A stretch of DNA of 64,000 nt, from the NCBI GenBank assembly GCA_001642005.1, contig LWCA01000063.1, positions 64 through 64,063 of the forward strand, written 5' to 3'. This DNA is from Intoshia linei. Its lineage: Eukaryota > Animalia > Orthonectida. Within the stretch, counting starts at the first letter, position 1, and every line of letters begins with the position of its first letter. The translations under genes and the position numbers were made by a program. The notes under the pieces are model-generated. The model was not told the origin of the DNA. It was given only the letters and a program-made list of their open reading frames with translations, and made no database searches. This document shows positions 52,249-64,000 of this stretch, one piece after another.

Positions 52249-55200
52249 ATGGGAATTTGTGGACTATGGTCAGTTATAGAAAAATGTGGTATACCTATTA
52301 ATTTAAAAGAAATGATTGGAAAATGTCTAACTGTTGGTAAATTTAATTTTTATAATTAACTTCACAACATAATTAGCTTGTTTTTTTTAACTTTGCATAA
52401 ACAATAAGTAACTATATTGAGGATGGCAGTTGAAATGCATTTATTCAAAGGATGAGTATTTATTTATACAGTAAATTAACGAAATATACTTATTAGTAAC
52501 GATTTGTAGATGAATATTATTTTCAATTCATTTTTATACACCAACAACAGGGGCAGATCCAAGAGGGTAGTTAATGGGGTGCAAGCGAAGCGAGCAATAT
52601 ATTTAACTTCGCCCAAAGCAAAAAATTTTTTAGGGACGTCTCTTTTAATATCAAGGCGTCTAGTTTGATTTTAAAGCGTCTCTTTTAATTTCATTTAAAG
52701 GTTGTTATACAATAGTTTTTAAATTCGTATTGTTTCGCAAAAATAAAAAAAATGTAATTTTATGCGCCATCTATATTGTTTGAATAAATTAAAACCTTTT
52801 TTCAGTCATTTTACAAAACATTAATTAAAAATTTAGGGGGTGCAACTGCACCTTCTGCACGCTTGAATCCGCCACTAAACTAAATAATACACCGACAATT
52901 TAACAAGCAAATATTACTTTGAATTTGATATAAAATACTGATTACCACATATATAATGAACCATAATAATTTTTCCGGACACAAAATTGATGGGTAAGAC
53001 TCGATAAAGGTGATAAGATATACTACCAGTATTAGTTTATTTAACTGAACATGGAGAGATTTCGATAATGATATGGTCGATAAATAAGTATTTTCGAATG
53101 ATATTTACCGAAATAAAAGTCAATGAACCAGGAAAGGGATGAAGAAGATATATTTTACATTAAATTTTATAGAAATTAATTTAACAAATATAAAATGTAT
53201 ATTATTTATGTTTTATAAAATAAATTCACCAAAATAAAAGGGAATGGACCAATAAAGGGGTGATGATATATACTAAGTTTTAAATAAAAAAATATTGAAA
53301 TTGATGTTATTTGATTTTTATATTTTATTACTTTCAGATATAAGCATATGGATACAGCAAGGAATTTGTGTAGCTGAAACAAATTACAATTTACAATATG
53401 GTCAAGTGAATGCGTTTGTTTTGAGAATGATATTCATTAGAATTACTAAATTACTGAATTTTGGAATCCAACCCATATTTGTTTTTGATGGAGCCAAACC
53501 AAGTTTAAAAAGATTGACTATTGTATTTTTTTATATTACTAGCTTTTCTGAATTGTACGCTGTACAAACATGTATTGGCATTACCGTGCGATATTTTCCA
53601 CATGTATCTTAACATACTTTAATTAAACCACGTGTTCCAACACTAATTTCATTACGGGTCGGTAATTTACTATTCAATTTCTCATGGACCAGTAAAACAA
53701 AATAACTAGGAAAAATTTGAAAAAATACGATATAAAATAAATTATAATTATTTTATTTCAGTTTTCAAAAACATTTTCCACGGACCGGCATTTGGGAACC
53801 GCTGAATTAATCCATTAAGTTAAATTTTAAAATAAACAGAAAATACTAACAAAAATAAACTAACCTTTCTGGAATGTTTCAATAAGACATGTTTTTTTAT
53901 ACTTTGTAGAAAATTTAAATCTCATAAATACACTTCTTCACAGTCAAAAAACATATAAAATGTTTAATTAGTAATTTTTTGTTTATTTAACCAATTTAGT
54001 ATAAGTTAAATATAAAAGCATTCAAACATTTAAAAAATTCCTAGGGTACGCGCCACGCCATTTTTAACGTTCTATAAATTCAAATTTTAGAAAAAGCGTC
54101 AAAAATTACGTCAAAACCAAAAAAATATTTACAAAATTGTAGATGATAAAGTAATATATTCAGACACGTATCGTAAAAGGATTCGAAAGATGTTGAATGT
54201 AGAATGTAATAAAATGAAACTAGATTATTCAAATCATTCAAAAAACATTAAATGTTCAAATAAAAATGAAACTAAAAAAAAATTTAATGATTTTGATCGA
54301 GTGGTTTCATCTAATAAAGAATCAATTGCAAATAAATCAAGTTCCAGTGATGAAGACTTGGTTGAAATATACAATAGTGAAAAAATGTCGTCAACTCCAA
54401 AGTTGAATGAAAATGAAGCGAATGAATTTGTAAAGGATTTAATATCAAAAGATTGGAATGTATTGTGTCACAAAAGTCTCAAAAACAAAAATGAAGGATA
54501 TATTATGGCTAGTAAAGGAAATATGATAAATAAAATACAAAATACAAATAATAAAATTAATGAATATAAACAAAAAGATTATAATCCTGGTAAAAAGTCT
54601 ATTAATTAAAATACGAGTATTATTACATAATCAAAATTTGATTAATTACTATTATAGAATATTAGAGAGTCAGAGTTTCATCGGTTTTGATTGTTTTTAA
54701 GCCGACCAACTTTTGTCCTATGAAAAAAAATTTAATTTTTTTGTGTGCACGTGTGTTACACATGACAGCTAAAAATTTTTCATTAACGTATAAAGCTTTC
54801 CAGCCTCTAGCCACCTATCCACGTGTTTAGACTTGACAATATACGTTTTTTTAATAACTAAAGATTTTAGCATTGTTTAAAATGGAATTTGAATCAGGAA
54901 TATTAGACCCCATAAACTTATCTAGCAATACTGATGAATCAATTGAATCGGACTTGGATTTAGAAATGGAATATGACATTAAACAATCTGATATAAAAGA
55001 CATGGAAAAATTTAATTTAAATTCAGAAACTAAACAAATTTGGAAAAATATGGACATAAAGGTTAGTTTTAATTGATCAAAAATTTGAATTCCATTATAA
55101 TATATTATTATATACATTGTATATGGAAGGGGTTCCCATACTTTTTTCTCGATAGACCGGTAATAAATTACAAAATTTATCGCGGACCACTAAAGATATA

Positions 55201-57196
55201 TTACTAGGCAATGTTAAACAAAATTGACTTATAATTAGTAAATTAATTTTTTCAATTTTCAATTCTCCTGGTTTGGGTAACGCTGGTATATTTTGGTTCA
55301 ATAGAAACAATCGTATAATTAATTATTACAAAAAATGGTTTGATTGTATTTGTGGTTATAAGATTTTGATTCTAAAAGTTTAATTTTTGCAAAAGGCAAT
55401 GAATTGGATAAATTAGTGGTAATTTCTTACTTTTTATTTAATGTTTCCAAGGGTGGTAAAAAATTAATTATAAAATTATTGAGACACTGAGTTGTTTATA
55501 ATAATTATTATAATAATGTATATATGTTTAAACAGGAAATGTTGGATTTATTGGGTGTACCTTGGGTACAGGCTCCATATGAAGCTGAAGCACAATGTGC
55601 TTACTTGGATGTAGAAAATCAATGCGATGGTATCATTGGAAACGATTCCGACTATTGGGCTTTCGGAGGAAAGCGACTGTACAAAAATTTATTTCATTCT
55701 CAAAAAGAAGCTAAATTTTACAGTAACTCTCAAATACAGCATAAATTTGGTAAGTAATATTTTTTGTTCAAATACAGTATCAATGTCATGTCAAGTTTTC
55801 ATCAATTCGAAATACTAAATCTGGAAATTTGCTGTCAATGTAATAAATACTTTTAGATTTAAATAGGGACAAATGCGTAGCATTTGCTCTCATGTGTGGC
55901 TGTGATTATACACCTGGTATTTACGGTTTAGGGCCAAAAAAATGTCTAAATTTCTTGAATCATCATTGGAAAGGAAATATCGAGACTAGTTTAGATTATA
56001 TGAAGGATATTATTGATAACATTATGAAATTAAAATTGAATGATAATTTCCGGTAAAATTTTTGATTTTGACAAATGCATGTAAATAATATAATATTTTG
56101 TATAAAAACATAAATTTTATACAAAAACACAATTTTAAATTACATTTGGTTTCCATATTTTCCTATAGTAAATGTTAAAGATATTTTTGTACAAGCGACA
56201 GATTATGATAATGTATACATAAATGTATTACATCACAAAATGTATTCTTAATGTATTCAAAATGTATACACATTGTAGTTATTAAGTGGATAATATAATT
56301 TTTAGTTTTCCAGATGGAAATGTCATTGAATTATTCAAAAACCCGAATATTGTAAAAGAAAAGTTTACATTTAAATGGTTCATGCCTCAACTTGATAATC
56401 TCTGTCAGTAAGTTACCATTTTTATTTTATTAATTCAAATACTACTGCCCAAAGTGAACATGTTATTAGATAAGTATATAACATTTAACGGTCCTTATTT
56501 ATCCATAGTCTAGAACAGTGGTTCCCAAACTTTTTCCACCATGGACCACTTGTCACAAAAAAATGTGCGTGGACCACATAATTTTTTAAAAAAACCATTA
56601 AATATTGAAAAAAATTGAGTAATTAATCAAAAATGACAATACAAAAAAAATAAGATGTTTTGCAAATTTTAATATTTTAGTAAAATTTAATTTTACTACA
56701 TTTCTATTATCATGTGCTATGATAGCACATGATTCACACACAAATTCCCTCTACAATTGCAAATTTACACGAATATATTGCTTTGACTTAAAAAGGTTCC
56801 ACTGTATGTAATTATATAATTTTAAAAAAATCTAATTTTAGGGCAGTTTTTTCCTACAAATGGTTTATAATAAATTTCTAAATTCATTGTCAAAAACAGA
56901 ATGTATCATTTTATTACCGATTATTTATTTATTTTGCAAATTATTTCATTAAAATGTAAAATATTTTAATTTTATGTATATTGTATCCTAAAAGTAAAGA
57001 GCTTACTAGAAATTTAATTTGATTATCCAACCGAAAAAGTTATAATATATACCCAAAAAATATAAAATTTTAACTTTTAATTAAAATAAATATATTTAGA
57101 TATTTATCTACTCGGACAAGTTTAAATGAATTTAAAATTAGAAATTATTTGACTCCGATAATTGAAAATTTTGATTCGATAAAAAAAGTAAAATAA
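52249..57196 (+). CDS. ERCC5: XPG/Rad2 structure-specific endonuclease
   Basis: MGICGLW..TV|DISIW, KLLNFGIQPIFVFDG..LK. I-domain GVPWVQAPYEAEAQCA, NDSD, H2TH GCDYTPGIYGLGP, then FPD..F.W..P. An N-I spacer of about 250 aa favours XPG over FEN1/GEN1. 3' end approximate. Confidence 0.85.
52548..52877. mobile_element. MITE in XPG intron 1 (superfamily unclear)
   Basis: Inverted termini CAGGGGCAGATCCAAG / CTTGAATCCGCCACTA; no clear TSD. Confidence 0.6.
53629..53804. mobile_element. hAT MITE in XPG intron 2
   Basis: Right TIR TTGGGAACCGCTG; TSD AATTAAAC/AATTAATC. Confidence 0.65.
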
Positions 57197-57451
57197 TATT
57201 TAGAAAAAAAGTCAAAATATTCAATTACTTCTGGGTATATGGAGATAAAGATTTTTTGAATTTGAATTGCTTAATAATGATAACATCAAAATTTGAGTAA
57301 AAAAAAAGTTTAGTAATGAGACCTGTAAATAGTAATACCTGGAAACTGATAAATAAAATTTAAATGTGTTAAATTATAATTATAGGTACAACCAAAAATA
57401 ACAACAAGTCTCATAAAGAAAGTGAAAAAATAATGTATATACAAAATAAAA

Positions 57452-58477
57452 TTAATTTCCTTTACCAGCTTTTATGGCACCACAAAATAGATTGAGGTAA
57501 TAAGTAATGCTTTCCATCGTGTCGTCATTACCTGGAATTGGATATGTGATATAACTTGGGTCACTATCGCTATCCACGACACCAACGAGAGGTATATTTA
57601 ACTTCGCCGCTTCCTTTACAACTGAATGTTGTTCGTAAACGCTGAAATTTGATCCCAACAATATAACCACGTCTGGAAGTCTAACGAAAAATCCAAATTT
57701 ATTGGTAGAGTTTGTAAAGGTTGTGTTGCGCCATAAATGACAATGTGAATATTCGCCTACTTTTTCTACTTCATTTTCAATAAGAGGAGAAAATCGACGA
57801 TTGTTGCAAACAAATAAAATTATTCCATTTTGTTGAGAAATTTCATAAACAAAATTTAAACTATCCAGTAATTGCAATTTTGTAATAGTCATGTCGAGTA
57901 TGTCGGTACCTTAAATATACTTTTAAAATTATCAAAATGATATATAATTTTGAATAAATTAAAAAATTAAATTATTATTTAATGGATCCCAAAAAGTATT
58001 GAAAATTATGCAAATTCAATCAAATATAAGAAAAAATTTAAAATTTATCGCAATATATCCCGAATATTGAAATTTCCTGATTTGGATCATAAGTAGATCA
58101 TGGAACTGTCACTGAATCTTTTGAACAAGTGGATCATGAACTCCCTTGAATCAAAATGGATATATTGTACCTATTCTAGTTCCATAAATAAATTGTTTCA
58201 TTAAATCATGACTAAGTGAAAATTAATAACATTTCAAATTTGTAGAAATTTACCGACACTCTTCTCGGTGACCCAAATGGCATTTATTTTTAACTAGATT
58301 TGATAATGTAACATTTTTTAAAATTTTGTAAATATTCTCTGATTTTTTCTGGATTGTGTCATTTTCTACTTTTTGTGGTATACTCTCGAGTGGTACGGTA
58401 CTTGTCGAAAGATTTTTGATGCATCTTTTCCATTTTTGAAAATTTACATGTTTTGTATTTGAACGTAAACTAAACAT
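57452..58477 (-). CDS. MRPS2: Mitochondrial ribosomal protein S2 (uS2m), 3 exons
   Basis: Basic presequence-like N-terminus, HLGH..MKQFIYGTR, GIILFV, RLPDVVI, EAAKLNIPLVGVVDSDSDPSYITYPIPGNDD. Confidence 0.93.
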
Positions 58478-58649
58478 TGTCAACTTTATTATTTCATATT
58501 TGTGAATTACATTTTGAAATTTTCAAGTTTTAATTTGCGATTATTCAGTTATGTAGAATTTTATGGAAAACTAGCTTGAGGTTATTAATATTTTATATAT
58601 TAATATTTAACCTTGGAATGTCCCAAGGAAATAACATTTTGTACATATT

Positions 58650-58700
58650 GACGGGCGGATAACTTAAATTTTTGATTGGGGTTAATCATTCTATTGGTTA
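58650..58700. promoter_or_regulatory. Candidate bidirectional promoter core between MRPS2 and the GT91-like gene
   Basis: GGGCGG plus two ATTGG (reverse CCAAT) motifs clustered in a ~570-bp head-to-head intergenic region. Confidence 0.3.
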
Positions 58701-59045
58701 ATATTCATAATTAATAATAATTTTTTTAACTATTTTTTGAAAGATAATATAAAAAGTAAAATTTTTTTATTCAAAAACTAAGCCATAATGTATACAAATT
58801 AACTATTAACAGTTGTCAATTAAATTAAAATAATTATTAACAAAATATATAAAAAATTAAATTTATTATATTTACTTTTTAACAAATAGTCCAAATTATA
58901 AGATAGTTTATAGACAAAAATAATATAACAATACTACATGTAGTTATTTATAAAACTAAACTCAACAAATTCGCTATTTGTGAAATTTGTTGATGCACGA
59001 AATGTTCAATTGTTAGGGATATTTTGTAAACATCTTTAGTTGGAT

Positions 59046-61994
59046 ATGAGAAAATTGAAATGTTTAATTTTTGTAATAATCTCTACCATTTTAATGACCC
59101 TATTATTAAACATTTGTAAAATTCTAAATTTTGATCATTTTCAACAAATTGAATTATTAAATTATTCTCTAAAAAAATTAAAATTGCGCGAACGATATTG
59201 CCTCAATTCATTGCAAACTGGATTATATTTTTATAGACAACGTCCAAAAATACAAGAATTTGAATTTAACATTTCAACTTGTCTGATTTACTCATTTAGT
59301 CCAAATATCGAAGAGAATGTTGCCGAAAAATTGTTGGAGAAAAAAAAGGAAAATATATTAGTTGCCAATTCTCCAGCCATAATTTGGTTCAAAGACAAAC
59401 TTTTTTTATTAATTCGAATTTGGTTGGTAAACGAAAGATATGATGGAGCGAGTGTTCACATTGAACCGCACAATACATTTGCAGACAATTTTTTTTATAC
59501 TCGTCAATACAATTATAAAATGAAACCAATTACTGTGGGTCGATTGTTGGGCATGGCTACTGGTATTAAATGGCCAATTGGTTCTGGTCCCATTGAACCC
59601 AGGCTCTTTGTTGTAGAAAACAAATTGTATGCGTCTTTTAATGCTGCAATTTCTGTCAATAATTCTTTTTCTATGGATTCTACATATTTGTGGAGTTTTG
59701 AAGATGAAAAAATTTTATATCCACAAATTTTAGAATCTAATATTCTTCTTCAAGGTCTTAAAAGTGATGGTAATTTTTTAACCTTTTATTACTTTATATT
59801 AAACTAGGTTGACTGTTATGTACTACGTACAAACAGGACCTAACTCTACCGAGGGTACATTTTTATTCTACCAAAAAAATATTCATAAATTCACGTTTAA
59901 AATCTAACTTAAAAATCCTACTATTCACTATTATAATATGATAATTATCAATCTTTTAAAGGAGTGGTTTTCAAATTTGTTTCAGGTGGAACCATCATAT
60001 CACATTACTTTTGACTTTAAAGTGAATTATTCCATCTTAATTTTTTTGTTAACATTTACGAAAAGAATTTCAAAAACAATTATACCATTTTTTTGATTTA
60101 TTAGACAGAATGTGTTAACAAATACTTAAAAATACCAATTATGTATCAATAACTAACCGAATCTTCACTTTACTACCAAAATAAAGTACAATTTGTATGG
60201 AATTTACTAAAATAAAGTATTTGCTACCAAAATAACGTAAATTAACTCAATATAAAAATGATATTAACAAAGTTGTATGACTTTTAGTTTCGTTGTTGTA
60301 GTTTCTATTTAAATTTTATTTTATTTTGAAAATGACAATTTGAAATTTAAATATTGCGTAGCAATGAAAAAAATTCCGAAGGAATGAATTATATAGATTT
60401 TCACCCATATGTCTTTATTGAAAATGTGTAGAGGTTCAGTGCACATTTTTTTTAAAATTGTAGGATCAATGTTTTCAATTTTTATTTTAATCAAAATATT
60501 TGAAAAATATTGGTTGATAATATATAAAAGTATTTTTCACCCGCGAATGCGTAGATTTCTCAGGTTGAACTTTTGTATATATATCAACTGGTATAAGCTA
60601 TATCAGAATAATCTTCTTTTTTTTAATTTTTGGACCGCAAATTATTTCACATTTTTTATTATAATAAAATATTTTGGAAAAAAATATATGAATACTAAAA
60701 TGCTTTTTTGACCATGAAGTCATCACTTATTCGGATTGAATTTTTTTGTGTGTGTTAACAGGATACAACTGTACCACCTGTAAATTTTTTGAAATTCTAG
60801 GGCTGTTTTCATTAAAAAAAGAAAGGTAATTTGGGGTTTTGTCCCTGAAGATATAATTTTTTTAAATTTAAATTTATGGTAATGTTTATGATTTTAAAAT
60901 CCGTATCGACGTATATATTTTTTTAAATTCTCCAACTGGTTTGATTTTCAAAAAGAAGGACAACTGGGGTTTTTGACCCATAAGATGTGAAATTGGGAGG
61001 TTGAAATTTATCTTAATATACGTCTCGGAAAAAACTGTAATTGAAATATGGTATTTAAAAAATTTTAAGACGGGTAGTTATTTAAATAAAGCGTAACACA
61101 CACTCACACAAACAAAAATCGCGTAGCCTTTTATATAATTTAGGGTTGTAAGTGAAGTATTTTACTGTTTTGATATTTTATAACAACAATTTAATTTAAA
61201 TTTAAACTCTAGGAATGGTTCGAGACAAGCATTGGATGGCTTTGTCACCAAGTAATATAAAACAGTCTACCGAGAAAACAATTTTGAAAGGTGAAAATAT
61301 TTATTTTGTTCAGTCGTTGGACCCATTATTAATAATGAAATGCTACAGGACAAAATCATCAAAATTGCCATGCTATTACACTCGCACAAGTTGTGTCTAT
61401 AAAAACTATGAACAAAAGTTTAACAGTGCAATATTTCACGATATAAAATCTCATTTACGTGGCGGAACACCATTTATCCAACACGATCCAGATTACCCAC
61501 AGTATTATATATCTATAGCTCATTCAACTTATTTTTTACAAAATGGTACAAGATATTACACTACAAATTTCATAATAATGTATGTCTGCGACAATGAAAA
61601 TTTGGTGAACGACTCAAATTTACATTTATCCGACTCAGATTGTTCTCGAATTATTTATATTAGTGACGATTTAAAAATTGACACAAAAGTTATGGAAAAG
61701 TATCCTATTCTAAGGAGTAAATATATACATTATAATTTTATTTTTCCAGTTTCACTTATTTCTGAATATCCTCATTTTATAATGGGAGTTCATGTAAATG
61801 ATTATGCTAGTGTTTTGATTAAATTGAAACATTTCGGTAAATTGGTTGATGAAATTATACAATTTGATATTTCCAACAGTATATATATTCATGATATTCC
61901 TTTCGATCAAAAAAATTTTTTAAATCCATATTTTCTCAATAAAATTATGGCTATTCGTACGGTGAATCAATCTGGGTTACCTTTGGAGATTTAA
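59046..61994 (+). CDS. Type II membrane protein (~501 aa, exons 59046-59769 and 61213-61994) with a BMT/GT91-like beta-propeller glycosyltransferase domain
   Basis: N-terminal signal anchor. Motif series GPIEPRLF..FN, DKHW, IYFV..L.IMKC, LRGGTP, AH..YTTNFII is collinear with yeast Bmt GPEDPR / EKNW / IYFV..LKC / LRGGT / YRPN. Phase-1 intron 59770-61212 joins the two ORFs in frame. Confidence 0.7.
59804..61145 (-). mobile_element. Non-autonomous Helitron family A, longest copy, filling the GT91-like gene's intron
   Basis: 3' CTAG|T at 59804-59807 with adjacent hairpin CTGTT-TGTAC..GTACA-AACAG. The 5' end is decayed here but reads A|TC in sister copies. No TSD, no TIR, TG-rich subterminal tract. 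Confidence 0.8.
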
Positions 61995-62121
61995 TTATAT
62001 TTGTTTGTATATAGAGTATTACAAGTGTTATATAGTATACTATATAATATGTAATATATTTAATTAAATTTATTATATTCCATGTTGTTTTTTCAATAGT
62101 TTTAGTTTGTGTTCTTTTAGA

Positions 62122-62352
62122 TTACTTTATATTTTCTTTTACTGTAGTATAAATATTGTTTTTCAACTTTTCAAGTTGGTTCACTTTTGTCTCAATGAAT
62201 GACGTCTTCTTCGTGTGTGAAACTTTTACACCAATTATTATAGATATTAATATTATAACTATCAATATTATGGCAACAATTGCTAGTTGGCATTTTCTTT
62301 TTTTGTACCATTTTGGGGGTGAACCTGTTTCGTCTAAAAGTTTAATTATCAT
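62122..62352 (-). CDS. Small single-pass membrane protein or exon
   Basis: PPKWYKKRK followed by a ~20-aa hydrophobic helix (type II anchor pattern). A possible acceptor ttttag precedes DETG. Gene boundaries unresolved. Confidence 0.4.
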   Translation of the reverse strand: MIIKLLDETGSPPKWYKKRKCQLAIVAIILIVIILISIIIGVKVSHTKKTSFIETKVNQLEKLKNNIYTTVKENIK

Positions 62353-62425
62353 TTTTCAGGTTGAATTAATTTTAATTTCATACATGAATTGACATTTAAA
62401 AACTTATTATCATAATATATTCATG

Positions 62426-62887
62426 CTAGGTTGACTGTTATGTACTACGTACAAACAGCACCTAGCTCTGCTGAGGGCACATTTTTATTCAACCAAAAAA
62501 ATATGTTCACGTTGAAAATCTAACTTAAAAATCCTACTATTCACTAAACTAACTCACTACATTAAAAAAAGAAGGGTAATTTGGGGTTTTGGCCCTGAAG
62601 ATATAATTTTTTTAAATTTAAATTCATGATAATGTTTATGATTTTAAAATCTGTATCAGCGTATATATTTTTTTAAATTCTCCAACTCGTTTGATTTTCA
62701 AAAAAAGAGGACAATTGGGGTTTTTGACCCGTAAGATGTGAGTTTTGGAGATTGAAATTTATTTTGCAAACACCCGGAAAAACTGTAATTGAAATGTGGA
62801 TTTTATAAAATTCTAAGACGGGTAGTTATTTAAATAAAGCGGAACACACACACACAAACAAAAATCGCGTAGCATATTATATAAGGA
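62426..62887 (-). mobile_element. Helitron family A, internally deleted copy with both ends
   Basis: CTAG plus hairpin at 62426-62465 and TC end at 62887. Highly similar to both ends of 59804-61145. Confidence 0.8.
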
Positions 62888-64000
62888 ATTATCAGAGTTG
62901 CCAGATTAAAAAGTTCATATTACGTACAATTATGCGTTGGAAAATTTAAACTTAAATTTAAAAACTTCAAATTGATTGACTAGAAATAATCATTATTTAC
63001 ATTGTGAATATAAAATTTTTAATTTTACTTTATTTAACATATTAGCACATTAACCATTTTAGGCACTTTTTCGAACTTTAGGTAGTGCGACCAGAAGTCC
63101 GACTTTTGGCACTGTTCCAAAGTCGTACTTTGTCGTAGTAAATAAACTTATAAATGGAAATTTAACTTAAATGTTCATTTTTCTAATTAAAAATTAATCT
63201 AAAACATATTTTGTTTCTAAGCAATAAAAATACTACTTTTAGTACGACAAAAATATGGTCAGCCTACTTTACGACGTGAATCTGATTTCACCATAGAGTT
63301 CAGAATAAAATTCTCTTCCATGTGCACTAAATTTGACTTTGCATTAAAAAAAAGTTTTTTTTTTTGACTGTGTTGTTAATAAAATTTATCGTTCATAAAA
63401 GATCCAAGCTTAGGTCAACGTATTATTTAACACTTTAACCATAAAGTAGAAAATGTAGTTAATTGAGTTTTACTTATTTATTATTTATTAACAAGTAAAC
63501 AACTTAACTTAACTATGTATTTTTAACACGAAAACACATTTTGCCATCACTGGTATAGACTAATACTAAATGTATAGTGTAAGTAAGATTGGTAATACAT
63601 TGTACATTTGTATAATTGTTTTTAAAATTTGAACGAAATTTATTTCCCTGATTTTCAAAATTTTACGATAATTTTATACAGTTTTGTATTAGTTTTTCCG
63701 TTACGAATGTATATTTAGTACACACATGTTATCATGTTAAAATTTAGACGTATAATTAGATTATTGAAATTTAAATTACCCAATCCGCTATAATCCATTA
63801 TATATATAATTGAAATGTTATGTATTTAAAATATGCCTTCGAATGTATGAAATATTTAACTTTACGTAATTAAAAGTTAATAAAGTCAATATATACTTGT
63901 TAAAAATAAAGTACAAACTACATGTAAAATTATGGGTAACAGATAGATTAGGTCGTTTTTATTGTAACTTTATTATAAATCATTATATCTTTACGAATAT

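Noticed and set aside
1-64000. tRNA, rRNA, snRNA or SL-RNA genes and an alternative genetic code
   Set aside because: No recognisable RNA-gene signatures by eye (tRNAscan/Infernal not run). Long exons translate cleanly in the standard code, and apparent stops are explained by micro-introns.

Overview
Very AT-rich eukaryotic genomic DNA with spliceosomal GT-AG introns, not prokaryotic. Introns are either tiny (about 25-55 nt) or 0.8-4 kb and filled with transposons. The proteins are strongly diverged metazoan-type sequences. This fits a fast-evolving, compacted animal parasite; the orthonectid Intoshia is my best guess (inference only). Genes in order: 3' end of a DDX19/Dbp5-like helicase (+), HMMR/RHAMM (+), CCDC170-like (+), SLC23/NAT transporter (-), divergent kinesin-1 heavy chain (-), a CENP-B/psq-type HTH relic (-), a 26/29-kDa-type cathepsin L-like protease (-), a 79-aa three-exon signal-peptide/4-Cys/GPI-like microprotein absent from the ORF track (-), a GPR158/179-like class C GPCR (-), XPG/ERCC5 (+), MRPS2 (-), a fungal BMT/GT91-like putative beta-mannosyltransferase (+) and a small TM ORF (-). 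Non-coding space holds non-autonomous Helitrons (A|TC...hairpin-CTAG), Buster-type hAT MITEs with 8-bp nnnTAnnn TSDs, piggyBac MITEs (TTAA) and Tc1/pogo MITEs (TA), often nested. Main leads: the GT91-like enzyme, the hidden microprotein, a non-canonical NAT specificity residue, and apparent repeated loss of autoinhibitory or regulatory modules (cathepsin without I29, kinesin-1 without IAK tail, GPCR without ectodomain, shortened XPG). Family assignments and alignments were made by eye against remembered reference sequences; no searches were run.
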